From an uncultured SAR86 cluster bacterium (GTDB lineage: Bacteria; Pseudomonadota; Gammaproteobacteria; Magnimaribacterales; D2472): a DNA stretch of 64,000 bases. A program made the position numbers and the translations under genes. The notes beneath the pieces were generated by a model. That model saw nothing but the letters and a program-made list of their open reading frames with translations, had not been told where the DNA came from and made no database searches. The stretch is taken from assembly GCA_902557575.1 (NCBI GenBank), contig CACEAR010000001.1, positions 262,685 to 326,684 of the forward strand, read 5' to 3'. Shown here in pieces: positions 9,865 through 18,821 of this stretch (position 1 is its first letter; the number at the start of each line of letters is the position of its first letter).

Positions 9865-11070
9865 ATGGAAAAATTACTTGAAAGTTTTAAAGCACTAAAG
9901 CAAAAAAACTTATCAATTGATCTTACTAGAGGAAAACCACATTCCGACCAACTAGACTTATCGAATAACTTAATGACTCAGGCTGTCGATCCCATTGGAG
10001 AAAATGGTGTTGACTTAAGGAATTATGGAGAGCCAATTGGAATTATAGAGGCTAGAAAACTTGGTGCAGACATTCTTGATAGCAAAATAGATTTAACAAT
10101 CGCCGGAGAACAATCAAGCTATCTTCTAATGACTCAACTTCTTTTAGGAAGATTTCTCTTTGGGCTAGATGATGATCCATGGAAAAATGATAAAGAGCCA
10201 GCATTTCTGTGTGCCGTGCCTGGATTTGATAGGCATTTTGCAACTCTAGAAGGCCTTGGTCTAAAAATGCATACTGTAAATCTCTGCTCATCTGGTATCG
10301 ATCTTGATGATTTAAATAAGAAACTTTCCAAATATCCAAATATAAAGGGATTAATCTGTGTTCCGAGGCATTCCAACCCTTCTGGCGAAGTATTTTCTGA
10401 CGAAAACATCACAAACCTTTTAAAGATTACCAAAGAATATAACTCAAGCTTTATTAACTTATTTGATCATGCTTATTTAATTCATGATTTCGATGAAACG
10501 CGAGTTCAGACACCAATCCCTCTCTTAGCAGATGGTTTGGGTGCTTTAGACAATGTAGCTGTATTTACTTCTTTCTCAAAAGTTACTTTTGGCGGAGGCG
10601 GCATGGCTTTTTTAACAACTGGCGAAAAGAATTTTAAATTAATTGAAAGAGTAAGGAACATGATGGTAATTTGTCCAGATAAAATTAATCAAAGAAGACA
10701 TGTTAATTTCTTTAAAAATAAATCAAATGTTCTTGAACATATGAAGAAGCATGCCAGTTTTGTTAAGCCAAAGTTTGAACTTGTTAATAAAAAACTTTCA
10801 AATCTACCCAGCGAAGTAGGTGAATACACAAATCCAACTGGTGGGTATTTCGTAACCTTCTATTCAAAAAAACCAATTGCTAAAAGAATTGTTGCGCTGT
10901 GTGCAGAGGCTGGACTAATGCTAACACCTGCAGGCTCAACTTATCCTTACGGCAATGATCCAAATGATTCAGTCTTGAGGATAGCTCCAACCTATATTGA
11001 CATTGATGAGCTTGATGTCGCAATGGATATTTTTGTATTATCAGCTCAAATTGCTCACTCTGAAATCTAA
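9865..11070 (+). CDS. class I/II PLP-dependent aminotransferase
   Basis: About 400 aa with the SFSK PLP-lysine motif (FTSFSKVTFGGGG). I prefer ATG 9865 over the GTG at 9862 used by the track. Confidence 0.7.
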   Translation: MEKLLESFKALKQKNLSIDLTRGKPHSDQLDLSNNLMTQAVDPIGENGVDLRNYGEPIGIIEARKLGADILDSKIDLTIAGEQSSYLLMTQLLLGRFLFGLDDDPWKNDKEPAFLCAVPGFDRHFATLEGLGLKMHTVNLCSSGIDLDDLNKKLSKYPNIKGLICVPRHSNPSGEVFSDENITNLLKITKEYNSSFINLFDHAYLIHDFDETRVQTPIPLLADGLGALDNVAVFTSFSKVTFGGGGMAFLTTGEKNFKLIERVRNMMVICPDKINQRRHVNFFKNKSNVLEHMKKHASFVKPKFELVNKKLSNLPSEVGEYTNPTGGYFVTFYSKKPIAKRIVALCAEAGLMLTPAGSTYPYGNDPNDSVLRIAPTYIDIDELDVAMDIFVLSAQIAHSEI

Positions 11071-11113
11071 AAACCATATAGAAAAATATTACTTTTTATA
11101 ATATTCTTTATTA

Positions 11114-11443
11114 ATGGACAGTGATAATTTTTTAGTTGTTTCCAGCAATTCAATCGAGAACAAAAATATTGAAGAATACTTAGGCATAGTTGTTGGTAGT
11201 ACAGTGAGAGCAAGAAATGTTGGAAGCGATTTCTTCGCTACTCTGAAAAATCTTGTTGGCGGTGAGGTTGTTAGTTACTCAAGGCTTTTAGAAAGAGCTA
11301 GAGATCAGGCATATGAAAGAATGATCCAGGAAGCTAAAGAAAAAGGAGCGAATGGAATTATCAATTTCAGGTTCCAAACATCTCAAATTGTTCAAGGTGC
11401 CTCAGAGGTGATGGCCTACGGAACAGCTGTAAAAATTTCATAA
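11114..11443 (+). CDS. YbjQ/UPF0145 family protein
   Basis: 109 aa; the blocks GIVVGSTVRARNVGSDF and GANGIINFRF...EVMAYGTAV are typical of YbjQ. Confidence 0.8.
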   Translation: MDSDNFLVVSSNSIENKNIEEYLGIVVGSTVRARNVGSDFFATLKNLVGGEVVSYSRLLERARDQAYERMIQEAKEKGANGIINFRFQTSQIVQGASEVMAYGTAVKIS

Positions 11444-11468
11444 GCCTTTTCAAATTTAGAGGATAGTT

Positions 11469-11693
11469 ATGAATCAAACAGAAAAAACTGCATTTCGTGA
11501 AAGTATTATCATTGTGTTAATAGGACTATGTATTAATTTCCCACTTCAAACTTTTTTACTTTGGATAACAATAGATAGGTGGCATTGGTCTGATCCATTA
11601 TCAATTTCAATTTTTACTCAATGCGTAATTACCTTTGTAGCTTTAATTAGGATTTATACGATAAGAATGAGGTTCACAAGGGGTAAATTCTGA
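11469..11693 (+). CDS. small hypothetical membrane protein (2 predicted TM)
   Basis: 74 aa ORF with two hydrophobic stretches. No family recognised. Its stop overlaps the start of the next gene. Confidence 0.4.
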   Translation: MNQTEKTAFRESIIIVLIGLCINFPLQTFLLWITIDRWHWSDPLSISIFTQCVITFVALIRIYTIRMRFTRGKF

Positions 11694-12883
11694 AAATAGC
11701 GATTATTGGATCAGGAATATCTGGTCTCTCTGCAGCTTATTATCTCTCTGATCAGCACGAAGTAGATTTGTTTGAAAAAGACTCTAGGTTGGGTGGGCAC
11801 ACTCATACACATACTCTTGAGCTGGAAAAAAAAATAAGAGTCGACTCAGGCTTTATAGTAATGAATGATAGAAATTATCCTTTATTAACAAAACTGTTCC
11901 TTGAATTAGAAATTGAACTTCATCCAACCTCCATGTCTTTTAGTGTCGATACAGAAAATATTTCATGGTGCTCAGAAGAATTTAAAAAATTTAGATTCTT
12001 TAATAGCTTAAAAAAAATAAGGATTTTTCTTGAAATGGTTAGATTTAATAATATTGCATCAAATGTAGATTCAAATGGATCAATAGAAGATTGGTTAAGA
12101 GAAAAAAAATTCTCAGAATTCTTTAAGAAAAATTATGTATATCCGATGTCTGCATCAATTTGGTCTTCATCCCAGGAATCAATTAGTAGATTCCCAATGA
12201 AATCATTTTCTAGATTTTTTAATAATCATGGATTGTTAGATCTAATTAAAAGGCCTCAGTGGTTTTCAGTCTTGGGTGGAAGTAATACCTATATAGAAAA
12301 ACTAATTAATCACTCAAAAATAAATAATGTTTTTAAAAATGCAAACGTATCGATAAAAAGAGAAAAAGAAAAAGTATTTGTTCTAAATAATGATATAGAA
12401 AATCAATATGATGTAATTATTTTTGCCTGTCATGCTAATCAGGTTGGAGCAATAGTTGATGATATGTCCTCTGAGGAACAAGAAATATTATCTATGTTCG
12501 AATACACAACTAACAATGCTTTGCTTCATCATGATCAAAACCTGATGCCAAATGAGAAATCTCTTTGGTCTTCCTGGAACTCTTTTAAGAATAATAAATA
12601 TGATTATGTTTCTTATTGGATGAATAATTTACAGAAATTAGACATCGAGAGAGATATTTTTGTAACACTTGGAAATTATCCTGATGTTGATGAAGAAAAA
12701 GTTTTTAAGAGAATTAAATATGAACATCCTCTTTATAGCGAACAAACAATTAAAGGACAAAAATTGATACGATCAATTCAGGGGAATAGAAAAACATATT
12801 TTACAGGTGCTCATCTTGGTTATGGATTTCATGAAGATGGCATTAAATCTTCATTAGAAGTTATAAAGATTATTAATGGATAA
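11690..12883 (+). CDS. FAD/NAD(P)-binding amine-oxidase-like oxidoreductase (partner of DUF1365 and CFA synthase)
   Basis: The track starts at TTG 11768. The same frame is open back to the stop at 11684-11686 and encodes the Rossmann motif (L/M)KIAIIGSGISGLSAAYYLSDQHEVDLFEKDSRLGGH. The only plausible initiator is CTG 11690, with an AAGGGG SD 6 nt upstream. Confidence 0.75.
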   Translation: MKIAIIGSGISGLSAAYYLSDQHEVDLFEKDSRLGGHTHTHTLELEKKIRVDSGFIVMNDRNYPLLTKLFLELEIELHPTSMSFSVDTENISWCSEEFKKFRFFNSLKKIRIFLEMVRFNNIASNVDSNGSIEDWLREKKFSEFFKKNYVYPMSASIWSSSQESISRFPMKSFSRFFNNHGLLDLIKRPQWFSVLGGSNTYIEKLINHSKINNVFKNANVSIKREKEKVFVLNNDIENQYDVIIFACHANQVGAIVDDMSSEEQEILSMFEYTTNNALLHHDQNLMPNEKSLWSSWNSFKNNKYDYVSYWMNNLQKLDIERDIFVTLGNYPDVDEEKVFKRIKYEHPLYSEQTIKGQKLIRSIQGNRKTYFTGAHLGYGFHEDGIKSSLEVIKIING

Positions 12884-13616
12884 AGCAAAACTAAATTTAT
12901 TCGATGGTGATGTATCTCATAGAAGAGTAGGCAATAAAAAGCATCAGTTTGAATATAAATATAAATCAGCTTTTGTTGAGGATGTATTTGATTTCAACTC
13001 AGAAAAGTTTAAACATATTAATTCTAAGATTTTAAGTTTTGCTGATAATTATTCTGACATGTCAGCCAAAGTAATTGACTCAATGAAGTCCTTTATTAAA
13101 GAAAAAGATATTGAAGCTAATATGTGCAAAGTAAATCTTCTCAGAACACCCAATATTGGATTTATCAAATCTTTTAACCCAGTATGTTTTTGGTTTTTAG
13201 AAACCAAAGAAGGTTGTAAATTTTTTATAGCTGAAGTCAAAAATACATTTTATGAAGACCAAATTTATATTGTTGAAAATAATGGGGAAGCTATTTCTGA
13301 AAACATTTGGCTTGAGGTTGAGAAGAATATGTATGTTTCTCCTTTTGCAGAGAAATCCGGTTTCTATAAATTTAATTTATCCAGAAACCCATTTAAAATA
13401 AAGATAAATCAGTTTAACAAAGAAAAAAAAGCAGAGATCGTTACAAATATTCGAGGCACAGTTATGAAAATGACAGGAATAAAGAAGCTAGTATTCTATT
13501 TTGGTCTAGCCCTAAGCTCTCTTCTCGTTCTTGTTAGGATCCATATTCAAGCATTCTTTCTTTGGATAAAGAAATTTAAAATCTTTCCTCATGGAGATAG
13601 CGGATATGCTGACTAA
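12876..13616 (+). CDS. DUF1365 family protein
   Basis: N-terminal G-x-V-x-H-R-R...H-x-F-x-Y signature (LFDGDVSHRRVGNKKHQFEYKY). Overlaps the preceding gene by 8 nt. Usual partner of amine-oxidase-like and CFA-synthase genes. Confidence 0.7.
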   Translation: MDKAKLNLFDGDVSHRRVGNKKHQFEYKYKSAFVEDVFDFNSEKFKHINSKILSFADNYSDMSAKVIDSMKSFIKEKDIEANMCKVNLLRTPNIGFIKSFNPVCFWFLETKEGCKFFIAEVKNTFYEDQIYIVENNGEAISENIWLEVEKNMYVSPFAEKSGFYKFNLSRNPFKIKINQFNKEKKAEIVTNIRGTVMKMTGIKKLVFYFGLALSSLLVLVRIHIQAFFLWIKKFKIFPHGDSGYAD

Positions 13617-14769
13617 ACTTATTCAAAATTTCTTGAACAAGAACATTGGCGAACTTGAAGATAAGAACATTTCAATTACTCTTCCAAATGGAAAAAGGAT
13701 AGAGCTAGGAAATCATCAATCTTCTATAGAAATTACTTTTAATTCCTGGCTTGGGATTTGGACTATATTCAGACGCGGAGCTTTGGGACTTACGGAAGGC
13801 TATATCAATAATTACTGGCAAACAGAAGATCTAATTGAATTAATGGACTATCTTCCGAAGAATTTAGATGCTTTTTCAAAGATCTCAAATGGCATGCTTT
13901 CCCTAAAGATTTTCGCAAAAATTAATCATTTTTTTAATAAAAATACGCTTAAGGGAAGCAAAAAAAATATTGAAGCACACTATGACCTAGGAAATGATTT
14001 TTATAATTTGTGGCTGGATGAGTCTATGACATACTCTTCTGGCATATTTTATGAAGAAACAAATAACTTAAGTGAGGCACAAGAAAATAAATATCAGTCG
14101 ATACTAGATATGCTAAATCTGAAAGAAGGAGCAAGAATACTTGAGATTGGATGTGGCTGGGGAGGATTCTTAGAATATGCTGGGAGGAGGGGTTTCGACG
14201 TTAAGGGAATCACAATATCACCAAGCCAATTCCAGTTTGCTAAAACAAGGATCGGGCAAATGGAAAAGATCCCTGAGATTGAGCTCATTGATTATAGAAA
14301 GATATCAGGAAAATTTGATGCCATTGTTTCAATTGAAATGTTCGAAGCAGTTGGGTCAGAATATTGGGAGGTATTCTTCTCAAAAATAAAGGGGTTGCTT
14401 AAGGAAAATGGTAAAGCCGCCATTCAGACAATTACCATTGGAGACGAGTTTTTTGATAGCTATCAAAAAAATCCTGATTTTATCCAAACATATATTTTTC
14501 CTGGAGGCATGCTTGCTAGTAATAAAATTATTCATAGGCTTGCTAAAAATAATGAGCTTAAATCTATCTCGCAAAAAAATTTCCCAGAATCATATGCAAA
14601 AACTTTAGAGACTTGGTTTATTAATTTTCAAGATCGCTGGGATCAAGTCGAAGCATTGGGCTTTGATAAAAAATTTAAAAATACTTGGGATATGTATCTT
14701 GCATATTGTCGTGGTGGATTTTTAAATGAAAGAATTTCAGTTTCACAATATTTATTGGAGAATAAATGA
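13591..14769 (+). CDS. cyclopropane-fatty-acyl-phospholipid synthase family SAM-dependent methyltransferase
   Basis: CMAS family blocks: HYDLGNDFYNLWLDESMTYSSG, SAM motif ILEIGCGWGGF, SIEMFEAVG. The start could instead be ATG 13606. Confidence 0.8.
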   Translation: MEIADMLTKLIQNFLNKNIGELEDKNISITLPNGKRIELGNHQSSIEITFNSWLGIWTIFRRGALGLTEGYINNYWQTEDLIELMDYLPKNLDAFSKISNGMLSLKIFAKINHFFNKNTLKGSKKNIEAHYDLGNDFYNLWLDESMTYSSGIFYEETNNLSEAQENKYQSILDMLNLKEGARILEIGCGWGGFLEYAGRRGFDVKGITISPSQFQFAKTRIGQMEKIPEIELIDYRKISGKFDAIVSIEMFEAVGSEYWEVFFSKIKGLLKENGKAAIQTITIGDEFFDSYQKNPDFIQTYIFPGGMLASNKIIHRLAKNNELKSISQKNFPESYAKTLETWFINFQDRWDQVEALGFDKKFKNTWDMYLAYCRGGFLNERISVSQYLLENK

Positions 14770-15779
14770 CAAAATTTTTACTTTATCTTACCGAAAGAGG
14801 CTACATTCCAGACTTTTTAATTAAGAGAGCAGCACTCTTTTTATCAAATAGAAGGCTTGCAGAATCTGATATTGAAAGGAATAAAGAAAAAGTTATTAAC
14901 TTATTATCAGATGGAGTTGTCGCGGAAAAAACAGTTGATGCTAATGATCAACATTATGAAGTACCTCCAGAATTTTTTAAAAAAGTACTTGGTAATAGAC
15001 TGAAGTATTCTTGCTCATTATTTGATGGTCAGACCTCCTTAGATGAAGCTGAAGATAAGATGTTGGATTCATATATAGAGAGAGCAAATATTTTAGATGG
15101 TCAAGAAATACTGGATCTGGGATGTGGATGGGGCAGTTTTTCACTCTATGCTGCAGCGAAATTTCCTGAATCTAATATTACCTCAGTAAGCAATTCGTTT
15201 GATCAGATTAATTTTATTAATGAAGAGGCAGAAAAAAGGAATCTTAAAAATATTAAGGCAATCAAAATGGATGTAAATAACCTTAATTTAGATAATCATT
15301 TTGATCGGATTATTTCTATTGAAATGTTTGAGCACCTAAGAAACTATAAATCAATATTATCTTCTTTAAGTAGTTTGCTTAAGGACAATGGAAAGCTTTT
15401 TGTCCATATCTTCTGTAATAAAGAAATTACTTATCTTTATGAAGTAAGACATGATTTAGATTGGATGACAAAATATTTCTTCTTGGGAGGCATTATGCCC
15501 AGCAAGGATATATTTAGCTATTTTGAAGAAGATTTAATTGTTACAAAACAATGGGATGTTAATGGTGTTCATTACTCAAAAACCTCAAAAGGGTGGCTTG
15601 AAAATCATTATAAAAATAAAAATGAAATAATGGATATTTTCAAAGATCATTATGATGATCCAGTTGTTTGGTTTAATAGATGGAGAATATTTTTCCTTAC
15701 TTGTGAGGTTTTCTTTGCAATGAATAGAGGAGAGGAATATTTTGTGTCACATTACCTATTTGAAAAAACTAATTCATAA
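14766..15779 (+). CDS. second CMAS-family SAM-dependent methyltransferase
   Basis: HYEVPPEFFKKVLGNRLKYSCSLF, SAM motif ILDLGCGWGSF, SIEMFEHL. Overlaps the previous gene by 4 nt. Confidence 0.75.
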   Translation: MTKFLLYLTERGYIPDFLIKRAALFLSNRRLAESDIERNKEKVINLLSDGVVAEKTVDANDQHYEVPPEFFKKVLGNRLKYSCSLFDGQTSLDEAEDKMLDSYIERANILDGQEILDLGCGWGSFSLYAAAKFPESNITSVSNSFDQINFINEEAEKRNLKNIKAIKMDVNNLNLDNHFDRIISIEMFEHLRNYKSILSSLSSLLKDNGKLFVHIFCNKEITYLYEVRHDLDWMTKYFFLGGIMPSKDIFSYFEEDLIVTKQWDVNGVHYSKTSKGWLENHYKNKNEIMDIFKDHYDDPVVWFNRWRIFFLTCEVFFAMNRGEEYFVSHYLFEKTNS

Positions 15780-15793
15780 TGAGAATGATTATT
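15775..15793 (+). promoter_or_regulatory. Fur-box-like sequence upstream of the ferritin-like gene
   Basis: CATAATGAGAATGATTATT matches 15 of 19 positions of the GATAATGATAATCATTATC consensus (hand count), about 70 nt upstream of the ferritin-like ATG. In AT-rich DNA this can arise by chance. Confidence 0.3.
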
Positions 15794-15862
15794 ACTTCAT
15801 TTCGCAATAGGAGATTTAAGAAAAATTTAATGTAGAATCCATCTTATTTAAAAGGAGATAAG

Positions 15863-16297
15863 ATGAAAGATATTGACGTTAAAAAAGTTTGCGAGATTCT
15901 CAATGAAGTTATGGAATGCGAACTTGCTGGTGTTGTGAGATATACCCATTCTTCAATGATGGTAAGTGGGCCTCATAGAATCCCAATAGTTGATTTCTTA
16001 AAAGAGCAAGCGAATGAATCTTTACTCCATGCTCAACAAGCTGGAGAAATTCTTACTGGCTTAGATGGGCATCCAACGCAAAACATTGCAAAGATAAAAG
16101 AGACTAATAGACATACTATAAAAGATATATTGGAAGAAAGCCTTGAGCATGAGATGCACGCAGTCGATTTGTATAAAGATCTCCTTTCTCTTGTTGAGGA
16201 TAGATCAATTTATCTTGAAGAATATGCAAGAGGCATGATTGGAGAAGAAGAGCAGCACTCTTTAGAGCTTAAAAAAATGCTGAAGGATTTTGGTTAA
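15863..16297 (+). CDS. ferritin-like / bacterioferritin-family protein
   Basis: 144 aa four-helix-bundle type with di-iron ligand spacing (ECELAG...Y, ESLLH, EHEMH, EEEQH). AAGGAG SD upstream. Confidence 0.75.
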   Translation: MKDIDVKKVCEILNEVMECELAGVVRYTHSSMMVSGPHRIPIVDFLKEQANESLLHAQQAGEILTGLDGHPTQNIAKIKETNRHTIKDILEESLEHEMHAVDLYKDLLSLVEDRSIYLEEYARGMIGEEEQHSLELKKMLKDFG

Positions 16298-16335
16298 TTA
16301 ACTAAATACAGATTTTCAAATATAATTACTTCGTT

Positions 16336-16821
16336 ATGAAGAAATTCTTGATTTTTCTTTTAATCCCTCTTTTTTCTTTTTCTCAGGAACAACTTACTGA
16401 AGATATGATCATAGATCACATCAATGAATTTTTTAATGCCCTAAATATCAAAAACTACAATAAAGAGCTTTTAAGCCAGAAAGTGACAGATGACTTTATT
16501 ATTTATGAGATGGGTGACAAATTTACACTTAATGAGTTTACAGATTTTATTGAGTCTGCAGGATTTCTTGGGTGGGAGTCAACAGAATGGTTTCTTTCTG
16601 ATTTTACTATCACTATTGATAATAATTCAGCTCACGCCAGCTATCTCAATATTGGAGTTTTTATATATCCAAATCCACATGCACCAGAGATATTATTAAA
16701 AGAGAATAAGCAATGGCTAGAGAGTATTTTTGTTGTCCGCGAAGGAGAAGATTTAAAAATTAAGTTCTTACAATCTGATGAAATCTACTCAAAGGTTTCT
16801 GTTTTCAAGAAATCTTCATAG
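16336..16821 (+). CDS. secreted hypothetical protein (possibly NTF2/SnoaL-like fold)
   Basis: 161 aa with an N-terminal signal peptide (MKKFLIFLLIPLFSFSQ). The fold assignment is a guess from size and pattern only. Confidence 0.45.
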   Translation: MKKFLIFLLIPLFSFSQEQLTEDMIIDHINEFFNALNIKNYNKELLSQKVTDDFIIYEMGDKFTLNEFTDFIESAGFLGWESTEWFLSDFTITIDNNSAHASYLNIGVFIYPNPHAPEILLKENKQWLESIFVVREGEDLKIKFLQSDEIYSKVSVFKKSS

Positions 16822-17477
16822 TATAAATAAGATTCTCCCTTTTGTTTATTTAGCAAATTCATTACCATTCTCTTTGCTACTTGCCTTGCTTCTATCTGCC
16901 TAAAATTCTTAAGAGGACCCTGCATAAAAGGAGCTACAATTCTTAAACCTGATTCAAGAACTGGTATTTCATAACCTCTAAAATCTTTTCTAGCTCCAAG
17001 CAGGTGACCTGGACGAGCAAAGCATATATTTTCATATCCTATTTTTCTAATTTCGTTCTCGAGTTTTCCTTTTATATGAAAGTAATAATTAAAAGATCCT
17101 TCTTGAGCGCCAACAGCAGAAACCAGGGCGATAGATCTAGCACCTCTATCATATGCAAGTTTTGCAATCGATAGAGGGTATTCAAAATCTATTAATTTGA
17201 AACTCTCTCTAGCACTATGTTGCATATATCCTAACTCATAAGTTGAAAGTCTTTTACCCAGGCATAGATATACATGATCAATACCATCTTTTAGCTTCAC
17301 TTTATTTGAACCTAAGCTATCAAAATTAATTATTTGCAGATCAGCATTTTGCGGTATTTCTGAATTAAATGACCTAGCTAGAATGATCTGTGCACCCGAT
17401 TTTTTTGAGAGTACTTTAATTACATGACTGCCAACAAGGCCAGTACCTCCGGCTATAAGGGATAAAGGTGATTCCAT
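16785..17477 (-). CDS. NAD(P)H-binding (atypical SDR/HTATIP2-like) protein
   Basis: N-terminal GGTGLVGSHV Rossmann motif, 230 aa. The 3' end overlaps the convergent gene by 37 nt. Confidence 0.65.
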   Translation of the reverse strand: MESPLSLIAGGTGLVGSHVIKVLSKKSGAQIILARSFNSEIPQNADLQIINFDSLGSNKVKLKDGIDHVYLCLGKRLSTYELGYMQHSARESFKLIDFEYPLSIAKLAYDRGARSIALVSAVGAQEGSFNYYFHIKGKLENEIRKIGYENICFARPGHLLGARKDFRGYEIPVLESGLRIVAPFMQGPLKNFRQIEARQVAKRMVMNLLNKQKGESYLYYEDFLKTETFE

Positions 17478-17487
17478 TTAAAAAATA

Positions 17488-17976
17488 TTAAGGAACTTCT
17501 GGTAAATTACTATAATTTAGATCGTTGTAAGGATTTTGGTTAGATATAGCATCAGGATGCACAACTGAAATTACAATATCACTTCCAACATCTCCTGCGA
17601 TAAATCCGCTAACAGTATTTCTGGGTGTCATTTCAAGGGTTGCATATCTTCCGTTCTTAAAATAAATAAGAGTAACCTCTTCACCAACCTTAGAAGAGAT
17701 TAACTGCCATCCAGTTGTTAAGGTTTCGTTTCCATAAAAAATTAGATTTTCGGCAGGACTATAGCCAGATTCAAGAACAATTCTTCCTGATATTGCATCA
17801 CCAGTACCCAAAAGGACTGATGGGTATTTAATAATGTCTGCATCGTCTGGGAGGGGTAAGTCCTCAAGGAGATAAGCAATTACTTTTCTTGAATTTACTT
17901 GATACTCATCTACAAACAGGGAGCAACTGGTTGAAAAAAGCAAGACAAAAACTAGTGATAGTGAAGAAAATTTCAT
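17488..17976 (-). CDS. hypothetical exported protein, possible lipoprotein
   Basis: Signal peptide MKFSSLSLVFVLLFSTSC with a loose lipobox. No family recognised. Confidence 0.5.
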   Translation of the reverse strand: MKFSSLSLVFVLLFSTSCSLFVDEYQVNSRKVIAYLLEDLPLPDDADIIKYPSVLLGTGDAISGRIVLESGYSPAENLIFYGNETLTTGWQLISSKVGEEVTLIYFKNGRYATLEMTPRNTVSGFIAGDVGSDIVISVVHPDAISNQNPYNDLNYSNLPEVP

Positions 17977-18005
17977 AATTTATATTAAACAATAATTTTT
18001 AACTA

Positions 18006-18794
18006 TTATAAACCAAAATCCATTATTCTTTTTTGGAAATCTTCATGAGTCATCCATGCAACTTTTTGAAGGATTTCAGCTACCTCAGGATCTAGGTCCA
18101 TCATGAACGTATTTCCAATTGGTGATTTATTGCTCAGGGACGCAAATACCATTAAAGCTGCAAGATATGTACCTTCTTTGCTTGGATGTCTAAGATCTTT
18201 TGTATAGAGATTAATATTTGGAAAATTTTTATTAATGTATAAAAAAGCTTGGCCAGCAGGGATTAGTCTTAAATTATTTATTTTAGAGGCTTTAAAAAAC
18301 TCTTTTTCAAGCATCTCCTGCATCTCTGGTTTATTTTTATATGGCCAACTCATAAATAAGATTGGCTCTATTCCTTTTGATCTAATAGTTTCAGAATGTT
18401 TTTTAACATATTTATAAAAACTGTCTTTTCTTTCATCATTTATGGGGCAGAGGCTGCAATCCATCATGACAACAACATCAATATCAAGCTTTTCATAAGG
18501 TTCATAGGTATTTGTATCTGAATCTATCTTAAAACTTCCAATTTCTTCATTTGATAGGTAGCTTTCAACATCATGCCAAGACAAAGAAGACCCATTTATA
18601 GTAATTGATCGCCTTCTTGGAGTATCTAAATCAGGATCCGCATCATAAAGATCACCAAGATGATTATGCAAACTATTGTTGTAATAAAAAAAACTATTTC
18701 CAATAAGCATAATTGAACTGATATTTTTCGCACTATCTGAATAAGAAGAAACCGCAAATACAAAAGAAATGAATACAGCGAGAAATTTAAGCAT
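18006..18794 (-). CDS. secreted hypothetical protein, possibly SGNH-hydrolase-like
   Basis: I trimmed the start to ATG 18794 (MLKFLAVFISFVFAVSS signal peptide), because the track start at 18842 would overlap the divergent gene. GNSF near the N-terminus and a D-x-x-H-like motif (DLRHPS) near the C-terminus suggest an SGNH fold. Confidence 0.45.
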   Translation of the reverse strand: MLKFLAVFISFVFAVSSYSDSAKNISSIMLIGNSFFYYNNSLHNHLGDLYDADPDLDTPRRRSITINGSSLSWHDVESYLSNEEIGSFKIDSDTNTYEPYEKLDIDVVVMMDCSLCPINDERKDSFYKYVKKHSETIRSKGIEPILFMSWPYKNKPEMQEMLEKEFFKASKINNLRLIPAGQAFLYINKNFPNINLYTKDLRHPSKEGTYLAALMVFASLSNKSPIGNTFMMDLDPEVAEILQKVAWMTHEDFQKRIMDFGL

Positions 18795-18821
18795 CCAAAG
18801 ATTATATAATGAAAATAATTT

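Noticed and set aside
11469-11700. A programmed -1 frameshift fusing the 74-aa membrane ORF to the oxidoreductase.
   Set aside because: The -1 frame has a TAA at 11684-11686, leaving only about 5 nt in which to shift. There is no slippery heptamer there. A CTG start with a well-spaced SD explains the data more simply.
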